From an uncultured Gemmatimonadales bacterium (GTDB taxonomy: Bacteria > Gemmatimonadota > Gemmatimonadetes > Gemmatimonadales > GWC2-71-9): a DNA stretch of 64,000 nucleotides. Location: positions 1,120,001-1,184,000 of the forward strand of contig CAVYSW010000003.1 in NCBI GenBank assembly GCA_963771275.1. Direction: 5' to 3'. Positions within the stretch are counted from its first letter, which is position 1; each line of letters starts with the position of its first letter. Positions 10,131-20,091 of this stretch are shown here, in pieces. Under the pieces are notes generated by a model. It saw nothing but the letters and a program-made list of their open reading frames with translations. It did not search any database and was not told the DNA's origin. The translations under genes and the position numbers were made by a program.

Positions 10131-12011
10131 CTACTTCGCTGGGGTCGGTGCCGAGATTCGCAGGGTGTAGCTGCTCTTGGTGGTGGTCCCGCTCAGGCTG
10201 GCCGTGACTTGCTGCTCGCTGGGTGAACGCGCCGGCGTCCAGCGTGTGGTGGCGTTGCCCGACTCGTCGGTGCGCACGCGGGCGGCGGAGAGCGCGCCGG
10301 AGCGGGTGGTGAACACCACGAGGGCGTTGGACACGGGATTTCCGTAGCTGTCCGTGACGGCCGTGACGAGTCGGACGGCGACGCCGGCCCTGCCCCTGGC
10401 CGGCGGGTCCCGAAACGCAACGTTGGCGGCGGATCCGGGACGCGCCCGGGCCGTGATCGTAAGGGCAGAGTCCACACCGGCCGCTCGCACCGCCAGGACC
10501 TGCGACCCCGCGGCCGGGGCCAGCGTCCAGCGGAGCGCCGCGCGCCCGGTGGAGTCGGTCAGTGGAGCGGTGTCCACGACCGATCCGTGTGCCGCGCGGA
10601 CGCTGAGCGGAACGGCGGGGACGCCATTCCCGTGCGGGTCGCGGACGACAATGACCACGGCCTGCGGCAACACGGCCCCAACCGGTCCGCTCTGGGCCGT
10701 GCCGCTCAGGACGGCCATCGTCGCGGGGGCGGCTGCGGCCGCCCTGGCCGAAATGGTCAACGGCGGGATCGTACGCGGGTTCCCCACCTGGACGCGCAAG
10801 CGCTGGCGGCCGGCGCGGGGCCCCAACGTCCAGCGGGCGCGTGCCTCACCTAGGGTGTCGCTCCGCGCGTCGAGCGGCGCGACGCTGCCGCCATCCAGAG
10901 CCGTCCAGGCAATCGGCACGTCGGTCAGCGCGGCGCCGGTCGAGTCCGCGACGCGCACCGCCACGGGCTCACCGAGCAGCTCATCCACTCGACTGATGAG
11001 CGCTTCGCTTACGGCCACGACCTTTGTGTTCCGGGGTAAGGGGTCCGCTTCGGCCACGATGGTGAGCGTGCTGTCGAGTAGTGCCACGCTCGCCAGCAGC
11101 GCCTGCCGGCCGGGACGGGGGCCCAGGGTCCATGCGATGCGCGCGCGTCCGTCCCGGTCGGCGATCGCCGTAGCGGGCTCCACGCGACCCTCTCCATCTA
11201 CCGGCGTGAAGGCTACGGTCACCCCCGGTACCGCCGCGCCGCCGCGCGAGAGCACACGCACCGCGATCGGCAGCGGCAGAAGACGGCCCGCGGGCACGCG
11301 CTGATCCCCGCCGGCCGCCAGGGTGATCGCCGCCGGCGCCACGTCCACGCGTGTCGCGATGCGGGCCTCGTGACCGCCGCTCGCGGCGGTCAACACCGTC
11401 CAGCCGGGAGCGAGCGCGACGGCGCGCCCCAGGGAGTCGATCGCCACGATCGCGGAGTCGGCGGACCGCCAACGTGGCATCGCCTCGTGGATGCGATGCC
11501 CGCGCGCGTCGAGCGCGTAAGCCGCGAACGGCACCGTATCGCTCTCGAGCAGCCGGACGACCGTGTCACCGGGAATCTCGACACCGGTTGGCAGCTGCCG
11601 CACGGTGATGAACGCCTCGGCCTTGATCTCGCGCACGGCCACAGTGATGCGGGCGGTCCCAGGTCCCCGCGCCACCACGTTTCCGGAGGAGTCCACGGCG
11701 GCGACAGCCGTGTCGCTGCTCCGCCAGGCAAGCGGCACACCGGTCAACGTCGCCCCCGCCTTGTCGGTGACGGTGGCGGCCAAGCCCGTGGTGTCGCCGA
11801 GTGCCGCGAGGGTGTCGACGCGCGGAGTGACCCATATGCGGCGGGCGGAGTACTCGGCCAGACCCATCATCTGGCTCACACCCAGGTTCCGGGCGTTGAG
11901 CAGCAGCGCCGTGAGCGCGGCGCCGGTGGTGATCATCGCCGTGAACCACTTGCCGGCGTTGCTGAGCCGACCGGCAGACTGAACCGATCGCTTCATGGGA
12001 ATGCCTGGCAT
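10131..12011 (-). CDS. Membrane-anchored protein with repeated bacterial Ig-like (Big_2/Big_1) domains
   Basis: N-terminal TM segment; WRSSDTAVAAVD and WRSADSAIVAID repeats; three D..G.A...WTL...G.Q.L repeats; start may be the second ATG. Confidence 0.8.
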   Translation of the reverse strand: MPGIPMKRSVQSAGRLSNAGKWFTAMITTGAALTALLLNARNLGVSQMMGLAEYSARRIWVTPRVDTLAALGDTTGLAATVTDKAGATLTGVPLAWRSSDTAVAAVDSSGNVVARGPGTARITVAVREIKAEAFITVRQLPTGVEIPGDTVVRLLESDTVPFAAYALDARGHRIHEAMPRWRSADSAIVAIDSLGRAVALAPGWTVLTAASGGHEARIATRVDVAPAAITLAAGGDQRVPAGRLLPLPIAVRVLSRGGAAVPGVTVAFTPVDGEGRVEPATAIADRDGRARIAWTLGPRPGRQALLASVALLDSTLTIVAEADPLPRNTKVVAVSEALISRVDELLGEPVAVRVADSTGAALTDVPIAWTALDGGSVAPLDARSDTLGEARARWTLGPRAGRQRLRVQVGNPRTIPPLTISARAAAAAPATMAVLSGTAQSGPVGAVLPQAVVIVVRDPHGNGVPAVPLSVRAAHGSVVDTAPLTDSTGRAALRWTLAPAAGSQVLAVRAAGVDSALTITARARPGSAANVAFRDPPARGRAGVAVRLVTAVTDSYGNPVSNALVVFTTRSGALSAARVRTDESGNATTRWTPARSPSEQQVTASLSGTTTKSSYTLRISAPTPAK

Positions 12012-12095
12012 AATCCCCAGTCTCTTAACGCGCGCCCGGGGTCGCCGCTGTGCCGCAGCGCACAGTTGGCGATCGGGGTGCGGTCTGGGGTCAGA

Positions 12096-12962
12096 TCAGT
12101 GATGCCTGATGATGAAGAGGAATGGCTCGCGAAGCGTCGAGGGAACGGGCCGCCCGTCGCAGGTGGCGGGCCGGAACACGGTTCCCGCGACCACGTGGCG
12201 CGCCACCACCGTGAACGCAGGGTGAGGACTGGCAAGGACCTGAAGCGTTTCGTCGGTCACCACATGACCGGTCGTGTCGACCGTGAAGCTCAGGACGACC
12301 ATGCCCGGCATGCCGCGATCTGCCAGCTCCGGGGGATAGAGCGCCGGCGGCTCGGAGGCGCGCTCGGCTGGCCGGAACCTCGCCCCACCACATCCGCACG
12401 GGTCGAGCGCGCAGGACTCTTGGAGCGGGACCAAACGGCTCCGCCTGGCACCCTGCGACAGCGCCGCGAACAACTCGGTCGCCTGTGCGCGCTCGATCCG
12501 GAACGTCAGGCTCCGTCCGTATTTCGGATTGAACGACAGCAGCACGCCGGCGCTCCAGCGCTTGCCTTCGCGCTTGCGCGCGACGATGAACCGCCCGCCT
12601 TCCAGGTCCGCCAGGGGCTGAGCCGCGAGCTGATTCGGGGGGTCGGCGGGCCCCGCGCGATCCGGGAGCAGGAGCAGCTCCACCTCCGCAAGCCACGAGG
12701 TGACGCTGTTCGGATCGTAGCTCCCGGCGAACCAGCGGAGCTCTTCTCCCGCCTCACGGCTGACCACGTAGGCGCTCGCCCACAGCTCCACGCCATGTGC
12801 CGTGTCCGATCGAACGAGAAACGCCATGCTCTCCCAGGAGAGCTGGGTGGTCATGGAATCCGGCTGCTGCGCGATCGCCGGTATCGGAAGGCTGAGCACG
12901 GCTGCCACGGCCGCGAGACGCGCGGCCGTCAATGGCCGGGAGGCGGAATGCCGAGTCGTCAT
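12096..12962 (-). CDS. Secreted protein with a TonB C-terminal domain
   Basis: Signal peptide ending AIA-QQ; C-terminal YPPELADRGMPGMVVLSFTVDTTGHV...FRPATCDGRPV. Confidence 0.75.
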   Translation of the reverse strand: MTTRHSASRPLTAARLAAVAAVLSLPIPAIAQQPDSMTTQLSWESMAFLVRSDTAHGVELWASAYVVSREAGEELRWFAGSYDPNSVTSWLAEVELLLLPDRAGPADPPNQLAAQPLADLEGGRFIVARKREGKRWSAGVLLSFNPKYGRSLTFRIERAQATELFAALSQGARRSRLVPLQESCALDPCGCGGARFRPAERASEPPALYPPELADRGMPGMVVLSFTVDTTGHVVTDETLQVLASPHPAFTVVARHVVAGTVFRPATCDGRPVPSTLREPFLFIIRHH

Positions 12963-13118
12963 GGGCGGGCTCACTGATGGAAGCGCTGTCACAAGATGAG
13001 CCAAACCGACCGGCGCGAGCAAGCGGCCGCCGGCCGGGCCCCATCGTCCGCCCTTCCATCGGCCACCGGGCGACCTATACTTCGAAACACGCCCCAGCGT
13101 TGAAAGGCCCATACCGTC

Positions 13119-14987
13119 ATGGCCTCCCCTATCGCCTCCCGCTCCGAGCGCGAGGTGCGCGACGCCGTCGTCATCCGGTTCGCCGGTGACTCCGGCGACG
13201 GCATGCAGCTCACCGGCCTGCAGTTCACGCAGGAGACCGCGCTGGCCGGCAGTGACCTCGCGACCTTCCCCGACTACCCGGCCGAGATCCGCGCGCCGGC
13301 CGGGACGACCTATGGCGTCTCGGCGTTCCAGATCCAGTTCGGCGCGCGCGACATCGCCACGGCGGGCGACGAGCTCGATGTCCTCGTCGCGATGAATCCG
13401 GCGGCGCTCAAGGTGGGGCTCGCCGACGTCCGCATGGGTGGCACCGTCGTCGCGGACACCGGCGCCTTCACCGAGCGCAATCTCCAGAAGGCTGGCTACA
13501 CGGCGAGCCCGTTCGACGACGAGGCGCTGGCGCCGTACCAGTTGCTGCGACTCGACATCACGCGCCACACCCTCGACGCCGTCGACGGCCTCGGCCTGTC
13601 CCAGAAGGAGGCGCTCCGCTGCCGCAACATGTGGGCGCTGGGGCTGATGCTCTGGATGTACGGCCGCTCCCGCAAGGCGACGCAGCAGTGGGTCGAGCGG
13701 AAGTTCGCCGCCGAGCCGCCGGTCCGTGACGCCAATCTGCGCGCGCTCAACGCGGGACACGCGTTCGGGGAGACGGCGGAGATGCCCTCGCACGTGGCCG
13801 GCTACTCCGTCGCGGCCGCACAGCTGCCGCCGGGCACCTATCGCACGGTGAGCGGAACGGAGGCGCTGGCCTGGGGGCTGGTGACTGGTCTCAAGGCCGC
13901 CGGCCTCGATCGCCTCGTGCTGGGCTCCTACCCGATTACCCCTGCCTCACCGTTGCTGCACACCATGGCGGGCTTCCAGGATTACGGGGTCGTCACGTTT
14001 CAGGCCGAGGACGAAATTGCCGCCGTGTGCGCCGCGATCGGAGCGTCGTATGCCGGAGCCCTCGGCGTCACCTCGAGCTCCGGTCCGGGAATCGCGCTCA
14101 AGACGGAGGCGATCGGGCTCGCAGTCGCCACCGAGCTCCCGCTGGTGATCGTGAATGCGCAGCGGGCGGGGCCGTCCACCGGCTTGCCGACCAAGACTGA
14201 GCAGGCCGACCTCCACCAGGCAGTCTTCGGTCGGAATGGCGACGCACAACTTGTAGTAGTTGCAACAGCAACTCCCTCTGATTCGTTCGAGGTCGCCATT
14301 GAGGCGGTTCGCATCGCCACCAAGTTCATGACACCGGTCATGTTGTTGACTGATGGGTTCTTAGCGAACGCCGCAGAGCCATGGCTCATCCCTGACGCCG
14401 ACGCGGTCGAACCGTTCCCCGTCCGGTTCCGGGAAGACCCCGACGGCTTTCGCCCGTTCGCCCGCGACGACCGGACGCTCGCCCGGCCGTGGGCACCCCC
14501 AGGCAGGCCGGGTCTCGAGCACCGGCTCGGCGGGCTCGAGCGCCACGCGACCACCGGCAACATCTCCTACGATCCGGACAACCATCAGTTGATGACGGAT
14601 CTCCGCCTCGAGAAGGTGCGGCGGGTCGCGGCCGATATTCCGCTGCAGCAGGTGGCGGTCGGCGAAACGACGGGCACCGTGGCCGTCGTGGGCTGGGGCT
14701 CGACGTTCGGGCCGATCCAGCAAGCCGTGCGCAATCTGCGAGAGCGCAACCTGTCGGTCTCGCACATTCATCTCCGCTATATCTGGCCGCTGCCGCGCAA
14801 CCTCGGCGACCTCCTCAAGCGCTTCGACCAGGTGCTGGTCCCCGAGATGAACGCGGGGCAGCTCCTCACGTTGCTCCGGAGCCAGTACCTCGTCCCGGCC
14901 GAGGGGATCAACAAGGTCACCGGCAAGCCGTTCAAGGTGGCGGAAATCGAGCAGACGGTGATGCGTCGTCTGGAGGGGCGATCATGA
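13119..14987 (+). CDS. korA: 2-oxoacid:ferredoxin oxidoreductase alpha subunit (KorA-like, gamma-alpha fusion), pair 1
   Basis: FAGDSGDGMQLTG, YPAEIRAPAGT, YPITPAS, QAEDEIAA, SSGPGIALK, RAGPSTGLPTK. Confidence 0.9.
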   Translation: MASPIASRSEREVRDAVVIRFAGDSGDGMQLTGLQFTQETALAGSDLATFPDYPAEIRAPAGTTYGVSAFQIQFGARDIATAGDELDVLVAMNPAALKVGLADVRMGGTVVADTGAFTERNLQKAGYTASPFDDEALAPYQLLRLDITRHTLDAVDGLGLSQKEALRCRNMWALGLMLWMYGRSRKATQQWVERKFAAEPPVRDANLRALNAGHAFGETAEMPSHVAGYSVAAAQLPPGTYRTVSGTEALAWGLVTGLKAAGLDRLVLGSYPITPASPLLHTMAGFQDYGVVTFQAEDEIAAVCAAIGASYAGALGVTSSSGPGIALKTEAIGLAVATELPLVIVNAQRAGPSTGLPTKTEQADLHQAVFGRNGDAQLVVVATATPSDSFEVAIEAVRIATKFMTPVMLLTDGFLANAAEPWLIPDADAVEPFPVRFREDPDGFRPFARDDRTLARPWAPPGRPGLEHRLGGLERHATTGNISYDPDNHQLMTDLRLEKVRRVAADIPLQQVAVGETTGTVAVVGWGSTFGPIQQAVRNLRERNLSVSHIHLRYIWPLPRNLGDLLKRFDQVLVPEMNAGQLLTLLRSQYLVPAEGINKVTGKPFKVAEIEQTVMRRLEGRS

Positions 14988-16003
14988 CAGCCACGACCGA
15001 GCTCCGCGCACAGCCCAGAGACTACGCGTCCGATCAGGAGGTCCGTTGGTGTCCGGGCTGCGGCGACTATGCGATTCTTAAGGGTGTGCAGAAGGCGTTG
15101 GCCGATCTCGGTGCCCGGCGGGAGCAGACGGTGTTCGTTTCAGGGATCGGCTGCGCGGCGCGCTTTCCATACTATGTGTCCGCGTACGGCTTCCACACGA
15201 TTCATGGACGCGCGCCCGCGATCGCGACTGGCATCAAGCTCGCGAACCCGGCGCTCGACGTCTGGGTCGTCACCGGAGACGGTGATGGCCTGTCGATCGG
15301 CGGGAACCACATGCTCCACGTGCTGCGCCGCAACGTGGACCTGCAGATTCTGCTGTTCAACAATGAGGTGTACGGCCTCACGAAGGGACAGTACTCGCCC
15401 ACGTCGCGCCGCGGCTTCCGATCGCCCTCCACGCCGCACGGCTCGGTCGACAACCCCATCGCACCCGGCGCCTTCGCGCTCGGGGTGGGGGCGCGCTTCG
15501 TCGCCCGCTCGGTGGATACGCTCACACCGCATCTCGTCGAGGTGCTGAAGCGTGCCCACGCGCATCACGGAGCGTCGTTTGTCGAGGTGTTTCAGAACTG
15601 CGTCGTGTTCAACGACGGAGCATTCGCCAGCTTCACGGAGCGGGCCGCGGCCGCGGACACTCAGCTGCACCTGGAGCATGGCAAGCCCATGGTGTTCGGC
15701 CGCGAGCGCACCCGCGGAATCCGCGTCAAGCCGGGCACGCTGCACCTCGAGGCCGTGACGCTCGGCGAAAATGGGGTGGGGATGTCCGACCTCCTGGTGC
15801 ACGACGAGACGGACCGGACGCTCGCGCAAATGATGGTCGACTTGCGGCCGCCGACTCTCCCCATGGCCCTCGGGGTGGTCTATTGCGACCCCGCACCGTC
15901 CTACGAGGATGAGGTCCTGGGCCGGTCTCGAGCGTGCGCCGTCAAGGCGTTGAATATCAATGAGTTGCTCAGGCATGGCCGAACCTGGACTATCGGGAGT
16001 TGA
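14984..16003 (+). CDS. korB: 2-oxoacid:ferredoxin oxidoreductase beta subunit, pair 1
   Basis: WCPGCGD, SGIGC, HTIHGRA, GDGDGLSIGGNH, NNEVYGLTKGQYSPT; ATGA overlap with the alpha gene. Confidence 0.9.
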   Translation: MTATTELRAQPRDYASDQEVRWCPGCGDYAILKGVQKALADLGARREQTVFVSGIGCAARFPYYVSAYGFHTIHGRAPAIATGIKLANPALDVWVVTGDGDGLSIGGNHMLHVLRRNVDLQILLFNNEVYGLTKGQYSPTSRRGFRSPSTPHGSVDNPIAPGAFALGVGARFVARSVDTLTPHLVEVLKRAHAHHGASFVEVFQNCVVFNDGAFASFTERAAAADTQLHLEHGKPMVFGRERTRGIRVKPGTLHLEAVTLGENGVGMSDLLVHDETDRTLAQMMVDLRPPTLPMALGVVYCDPAPSYEDEVLGRSRACAVKALNINELLRHGRTWTIGS

Positions 16004-16235
16004 GTTGTCGTCTTAAAGGTGTCTTCATGGAAAACTTCGGCGGTGGTTCCCGCATCGCCTTTACCATTAGGACGCTGTTCGCATAGGAGCGCCGTTACGA
16101 AACCGCGACCGTGGTCGCGTCATGCCGCGAGGGATCTGGGGGACAGTCACTGGCTGTCCCACTGCGCGGCGGACCGGGCCCGGTCGCGCTTCGTGGACGG
16201 CTGATGGGTTCCTGAACCTCAGCTCAGGTCTGCAC

Positions 16236-18143
16236 ATGGTCAGCCCTTCCCCCGTCGCGACGAAGAAGCCCAAGGCGCCCAAAGGCGCCCGGCCGGTCGT
16301 CCTCCGGGTTCCCGAGCATACCGTCGAGGTCGTCTCCGACTCCGGCGAAGGCGCGCAGAAATGCGGTCAGATCTTCGGGTCGGTCTCTGCCAAGATGGGC
16401 AACGGCGTGTGGACCGTGGAGATCATCCCCGCCGAGATCCAACCCCCCCCGCGGTCGGGCACGGGCGCCTCCGGCAACCTGATTCGGATCGGCACCAAGC
16501 CCGTCACCAACTGGGGTGACGCGGCGCATCTGGTGGTCGCGTTCAACGAGCAGGCTCTGGTCGCCCGACATCGGCTCGAGGCGCTGCACGACGATGCGAT
16601 CATCCTGGTCGAGAGCATGTGGGCGACCCACGACGACGAGGACATCCGGCGGCAGTGGGCCGAGGCGATGGACGAGCTTTCCCACCGGCGCTACACGATC
16701 ATCGGCGTGCCGATGGAGGAACAGACCCTGACCCTCACGGACAACCCGCGCCACGGGAAGAACATGTTCGTGCTGGGCATGCTCTCGTGGATCTACGACC
16801 GGGACCTCGACCTCACCCGTGACCTGATCCGCTACTCGTTCCGTCGCAAGGCGGCCGAGGTGGCGCAGCTCAACGTTGCGCTGTTGGAGCTGGGCTACCA
16901 ATGGGCCGGGGAGAATCTCGACTTCCGGATCGACGTCCCGGCGCAGAAGCCCGACAAGCCGATGATCGTAATGAACGGCAATCAGGCCCTCGCGATGGGA
17001 GCAGTGGCGTCGGGGATGGAGCTGTGTTCCATGTACCCGATCACGCCGGCGACGTCGGTTTCTCACTACCTGGGCGACATCTTCGAGGATTACGGCGGGA
17101 TCGTACACCAGGCGGAGGACGAGATCGCCGCCGCCGGCGTCGCAATCGGCGCCTCCTATGCCGGCAAGGTCGCGTTCACGGTGACGTCGGGTCCGGGCCT
17201 CGCGCTCAAGACCGAGTTCATCGGACTGGCCACCATGGTCGAAGTGCCGCTCGTGGTGCTCGACGTGCAGCGCGGCGGCCCGAGCACGGGGCTCCCCACC
17301 AAGGTCGAGCAGTCCGACCTGCTCGCCTCGGTCTTCGGCCAGCCCGGCGACGCGCCCAAGGTCGTCCTGGCGCCGGCCACGATCGAGGAGTGCTTCCACC
17401 TGGTGATCACCGCGCGGCGCGTTGCCGAGGCGCTGCGGTGCGTGGTCGTGGTGCTCACCGACGCCAACCTCGCGACCGGTGTGCAGCCGTTCTCGCGGCC
17501 CGAGGTGGACCCCCGTTGGATGTCGGTCCCACCGGATCTGAGCTCGGTCCCCGACGGCGTGAAGCCATACGACTGGGATCCGGAGCTGGGGCTCTCGCGC
17601 CGCTTCATTCCCGGCCAGCCGGGAGGCATGCACACCCTGACCGGGTTGTCGCATGATGAGGCCAGCCACGTCGCGTACGGCCCCGAGGAGCACGAGCGCG
17701 GCTGCGCCATGCGGAGCCGCAAGATCGCCGTCTTCCAGCAGACCCTGACGCCGCCCGAGATCTGCGGCGATCCCACGGGCGACCTGTTGGTCGTCGGCTG
17801 GGGCTCCACCAAGGGCGCCATCGACGAGGCGGTCGAACGGGCGCGGGCCCAGGGGCTCAAGGTCTCCTCGCTCCATCTCCGCGTGCTCTGGCCCCTGCCG
17901 TCGGGGCTCAAGGACATCTTCGCCGGGTTCCGCAAGGTCGCGACGATCGAGATCAACTACAGCGATCGGCTAGGCGACCCGCACATCACCCCGGAAAACC
18001 GGCGCATGGGGCAGCTGGCGTGGTTGCTCCGCGCGAACACCTTGGTGGACGTGGATTGCTGGACCCGCGTGCCGGGTCAGCCGCTCCGGCCCATCGGGAT
18101 TCTGGAGGGCATCCAGAGCATGATGCCCGGGAGGAAGGCGTGA
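16236..18143 (+). CDS. 2-oxoacid:ferredoxin oxidoreductase alpha subunit, pair 2 (divergent)
   Basis: SDSGEGAQKCG, MYPITPAT, QAEDEIAA, TSGPGLALK, QRGGPSTGLPTK; start estimated. Confidence 0.88.
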   Translation: MVSPSPVATKKPKAPKGARPVVLRVPEHTVEVVSDSGEGAQKCGQIFGSVSAKMGNGVWTVEIIPAEIQPPPRSGTGASGNLIRIGTKPVTNWGDAAHLVVAFNEQALVARHRLEALHDDAIILVESMWATHDDEDIRRQWAEAMDELSHRRYTIIGVPMEEQTLTLTDNPRHGKNMFVLGMLSWIYDRDLDLTRDLIRYSFRRKAAEVAQLNVALLELGYQWAGENLDFRIDVPAQKPDKPMIVMNGNQALAMGAVASGMELCSMYPITPATSVSHYLGDIFEDYGGIVHQAEDEIAAAGVAIGASYAGKVAFTVTSGPGLALKTEFIGLATMVEVPLVVLDVQRGGPSTGLPTKVEQSDLLASVFGQPGDAPKVVLAPATIEECFHLVITARRVAEALRCVVVVLTDANLATGVQPFSRPEVDPRWMSVPPDLSSVPDGVKPYDWDPELGLSRRFIPGQPGGMHTLTGLSHDEASHVAYGPEEHERGCAMRSRKIAVFQQTLTPPEICGDPTGDLLVVGWGSTKGAIDEAVERARAQGLKVSSLHLRVLWPLPSGLKDIFAGFRKVATIEINYSDRLGDPHITPENRRMGQLAWLLRANTLVDVDCWTRVPGQPLRPIGILEGIQSMMPGRKA

Positions 18144-19102
18144 TCCAGACTTCTTGCTCGTTCCTGACCTGCGGCCACGACGAGGACGACGACGAGCGCA
18201 GCTGGACGATGGAGGACTACGCCGGGGCGATTCCGCGCTGGTGCCCCGGGTGCGGCGACCACGCCATCCTCACGGCAGTGCAGCGCTTGCTCGAGGCCGA
18301 ACAGCTCCCTCCGGAAAAGACCGTGTTCGTGTCTGGGATCGGCTGCTCGAGTCGGTTTCCCCACTACCTCTCGACCTACGGGTTCCACGGCATCCACGGG
18401 CGGGCCCTGCCGATCGCGAGTGGGGTGAAGCTGCGGCGGCCCGACCTGGACGTGTTCGTCGTGATGGGGGACGGGGACTGCTGCTCGATCGGTGCCGGCC
18501 ACTGGATCCACGCGGTTCGGTACAACATGGACATGGTGGCACTCATGCTCGACAACGGCATGTACGGGCTCACCAAGAAGCAGACGTCGCCCACGACCCC
18601 GCAGGGGTACCCGAGCAACACGCAGCCCCGGGGAAGCCATCTCGTTCCGCTCAACCCGCTGACCGCCACGCTGGGCATGACCAACGCCTCGTTCGTGGCG
18701 CAGACGGCCGACTGGATGCCGGCGCACCTCTACGAGACCATCCGCGCGGCCTATCAGCACAAGGGCTTCTCGTTCGTCCGGATTCTGCAGCGCTGCCCGC
18801 AGTACACCAGCGATCTGTTCGAGCAGGCCGTCCGCAAGCCCGATCTGGTGGAGCTGCTGGTGCACGAGGACGGCGTGATGGCGCCCGAGCTCGAGCGGAT
18901 CTACAAGAACCGGCGGCGTCACGACCCCAAGGACCTCGACACGGCCCGTCACCTCGCCGAGGCCACCGCGCCGATCCGCCTCGGCGTGTTCTTCCGTGAT
19001 GAATCCAGACAACGCTACGAGGAGCTCCGCCGCCAGCGGGTGTACACGGCGCAGGAGAAGATCGAGCGTCTGAATCGGGAGTTCGACAAGTATGCCGTCT
19101 GA
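18140..19102 (+). CDS. 2-oxoacid:ferredoxin oxidoreductase beta subunit, pair 2
   Basis: GTGA overlap with alpha; WCPGCGDH, SGIGCSSRF, HGIHGRA, GDGDCCSIGAGH, DNGMYGLTKKQTSPT. Confidence 0.88.
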   Translation: MIQTSCSFLTCGHDEDDDERSWTMEDYAGAIPRWCPGCGDHAILTAVQRLLEAEQLPPEKTVFVSGIGCSSRFPHYLSTYGFHGIHGRALPIASGVKLRRPDLDVFVVMGDGDCCSIGAGHWIHAVRYNMDMVALMLDNGMYGLTKKQTSPTTPQGYPSNTQPRGSHLVPLNPLTATLGMTNASFVAQTADWMPAHLYETIRAAYQHKGFSFVRILQRCPQYTSDLFEQAVRKPDLVELLVHEDGVMAPELERIYKNRRRHDPKDLDTARHLAEATAPIRLGVFFRDESRQRYEELRRQRVYTAQEKIERLNREFDKYAV

Positions 19103-20090
19103 CGATCGCCAGCAGGTCGCGATGGCCGCCCTGGCCGGCCCCCGGAATCGGTACCGCTCGGTCCTGGCAACGACGCTGGGGGAGGTCCGCGCCCATCTCG
19201 ACCGTCATCAGATGGAGGCAGACGATCGTGTGTCCCAACTCGCCGCGGAGCTGGGCGACGTGGGAAGTCGCCTGGTGAATGTGAAGCGACTCGCCTCCGT
19301 GATGCTGGCGGAGCCGGCCGTCCAGCCGGCGACGCGGGAAGCCATGCGACGGGCCCTCGCGGTGCTCGAAGACCTCGCGGCGCGAAGCGACGAGGCGTTC
19401 GCGCTTGACCTGGCGCCCGGCGAGGGCCTGTATCAGGCTGCGGCCACGTTGTTGGGCGACTTCGGGCGGGCGATGGGCGCCGCCCGGGTGGTGGATGCCG
19501 CGCGGAGCGGACGCTATCGCCCGGCCGAGCATGACCGGTATCTCCGCGCCTTCCCGTTCGGGCAGTGGAGCCAGGCCGAACGCCTGCTCGGGCCGCCGAT
19601 CGTGATCGCGCTCGACGGTGCCGACCTCCGCCCGGCCGGCCTCGCCGAGTTCCTCGACGGGAACGTGAAGATCGTGCTGATCGCCCGGGGCGAAACCTCG
19701 CCGGCTCCGCTCGTCCGCCTGATCACGCCGCACGCGTTTGTCGCGCAGACGGACGATCCGGCGGTGATCGCGCGGCTCGGCAAGACCGACGGCCCGGGTG
19801 TCGTGGCGCTGATGCCGCCCCACAGCGCGCGCTTCGTGCACGATCCCGCGGCCGGCGCCGCACTCGGGCAGCGCCTCACCGTGGGCGAGGTCCCCTCGCT
19901 CGACGGCAAGCGGCGCTCCGGACCATTCACGGCGGCGCAGCAGCGCGAGGAGCTGGATCAGCTCAAGGCGTTGCAGGCGGCGGCCGCAGCCCCAACCGGC
20001 GGTCCGCTCGTGACCGGCACGGCGGGCACGGATCCGGTCGACAAGCTCGCGGCGTGGCTGCTCCAACAGGCGGACCTGTCGGGGGCGTGA
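19092..20090 (+). CDS. Hypothetical protein resembling a degenerate PFOR TPP-binding domain
   Basis: Overlaps the upstream beta gene and ends 1 nt before rnfB; aligns by eye with the downstream PFOR (see findings); contains no Cys. Confidence 0.75.
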   Translation: MPSDDRQQVAMAALAGPRNRYRSVLATTLGEVRAHLDRHQMEADDRVSQLAAELGDVGSRLVNVKRLASVMLAEPAVQPATREAMRRALAVLEDLAARSDEAFALDLAPGEGLYQAAATLLGDFGRAMGAARVVDAARSGRYRPAEHDRYLRAFPFGQWSQAERLLGPPIVIALDGADLRPAGLAEFLDGNVKIVLIARGETSPAPLVRLITPHAFVAQTDDPAVIARLGKTDGPGVVALMPPHSARFVHDPAAGAALGQRLTVGEVPSLDGKRRSGPFTAAQQREELDQLKALQAAAAAPTGGPLVTGTAGTDPVDKLAAWLLQQADLSGA

Positions 20091-20091
20091 C

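Noticed and set aside
12963..13793. N-terminal extension of the TonB-domain ORF
   Set aside because: Antisense to korA; the signal peptide starts at 12962
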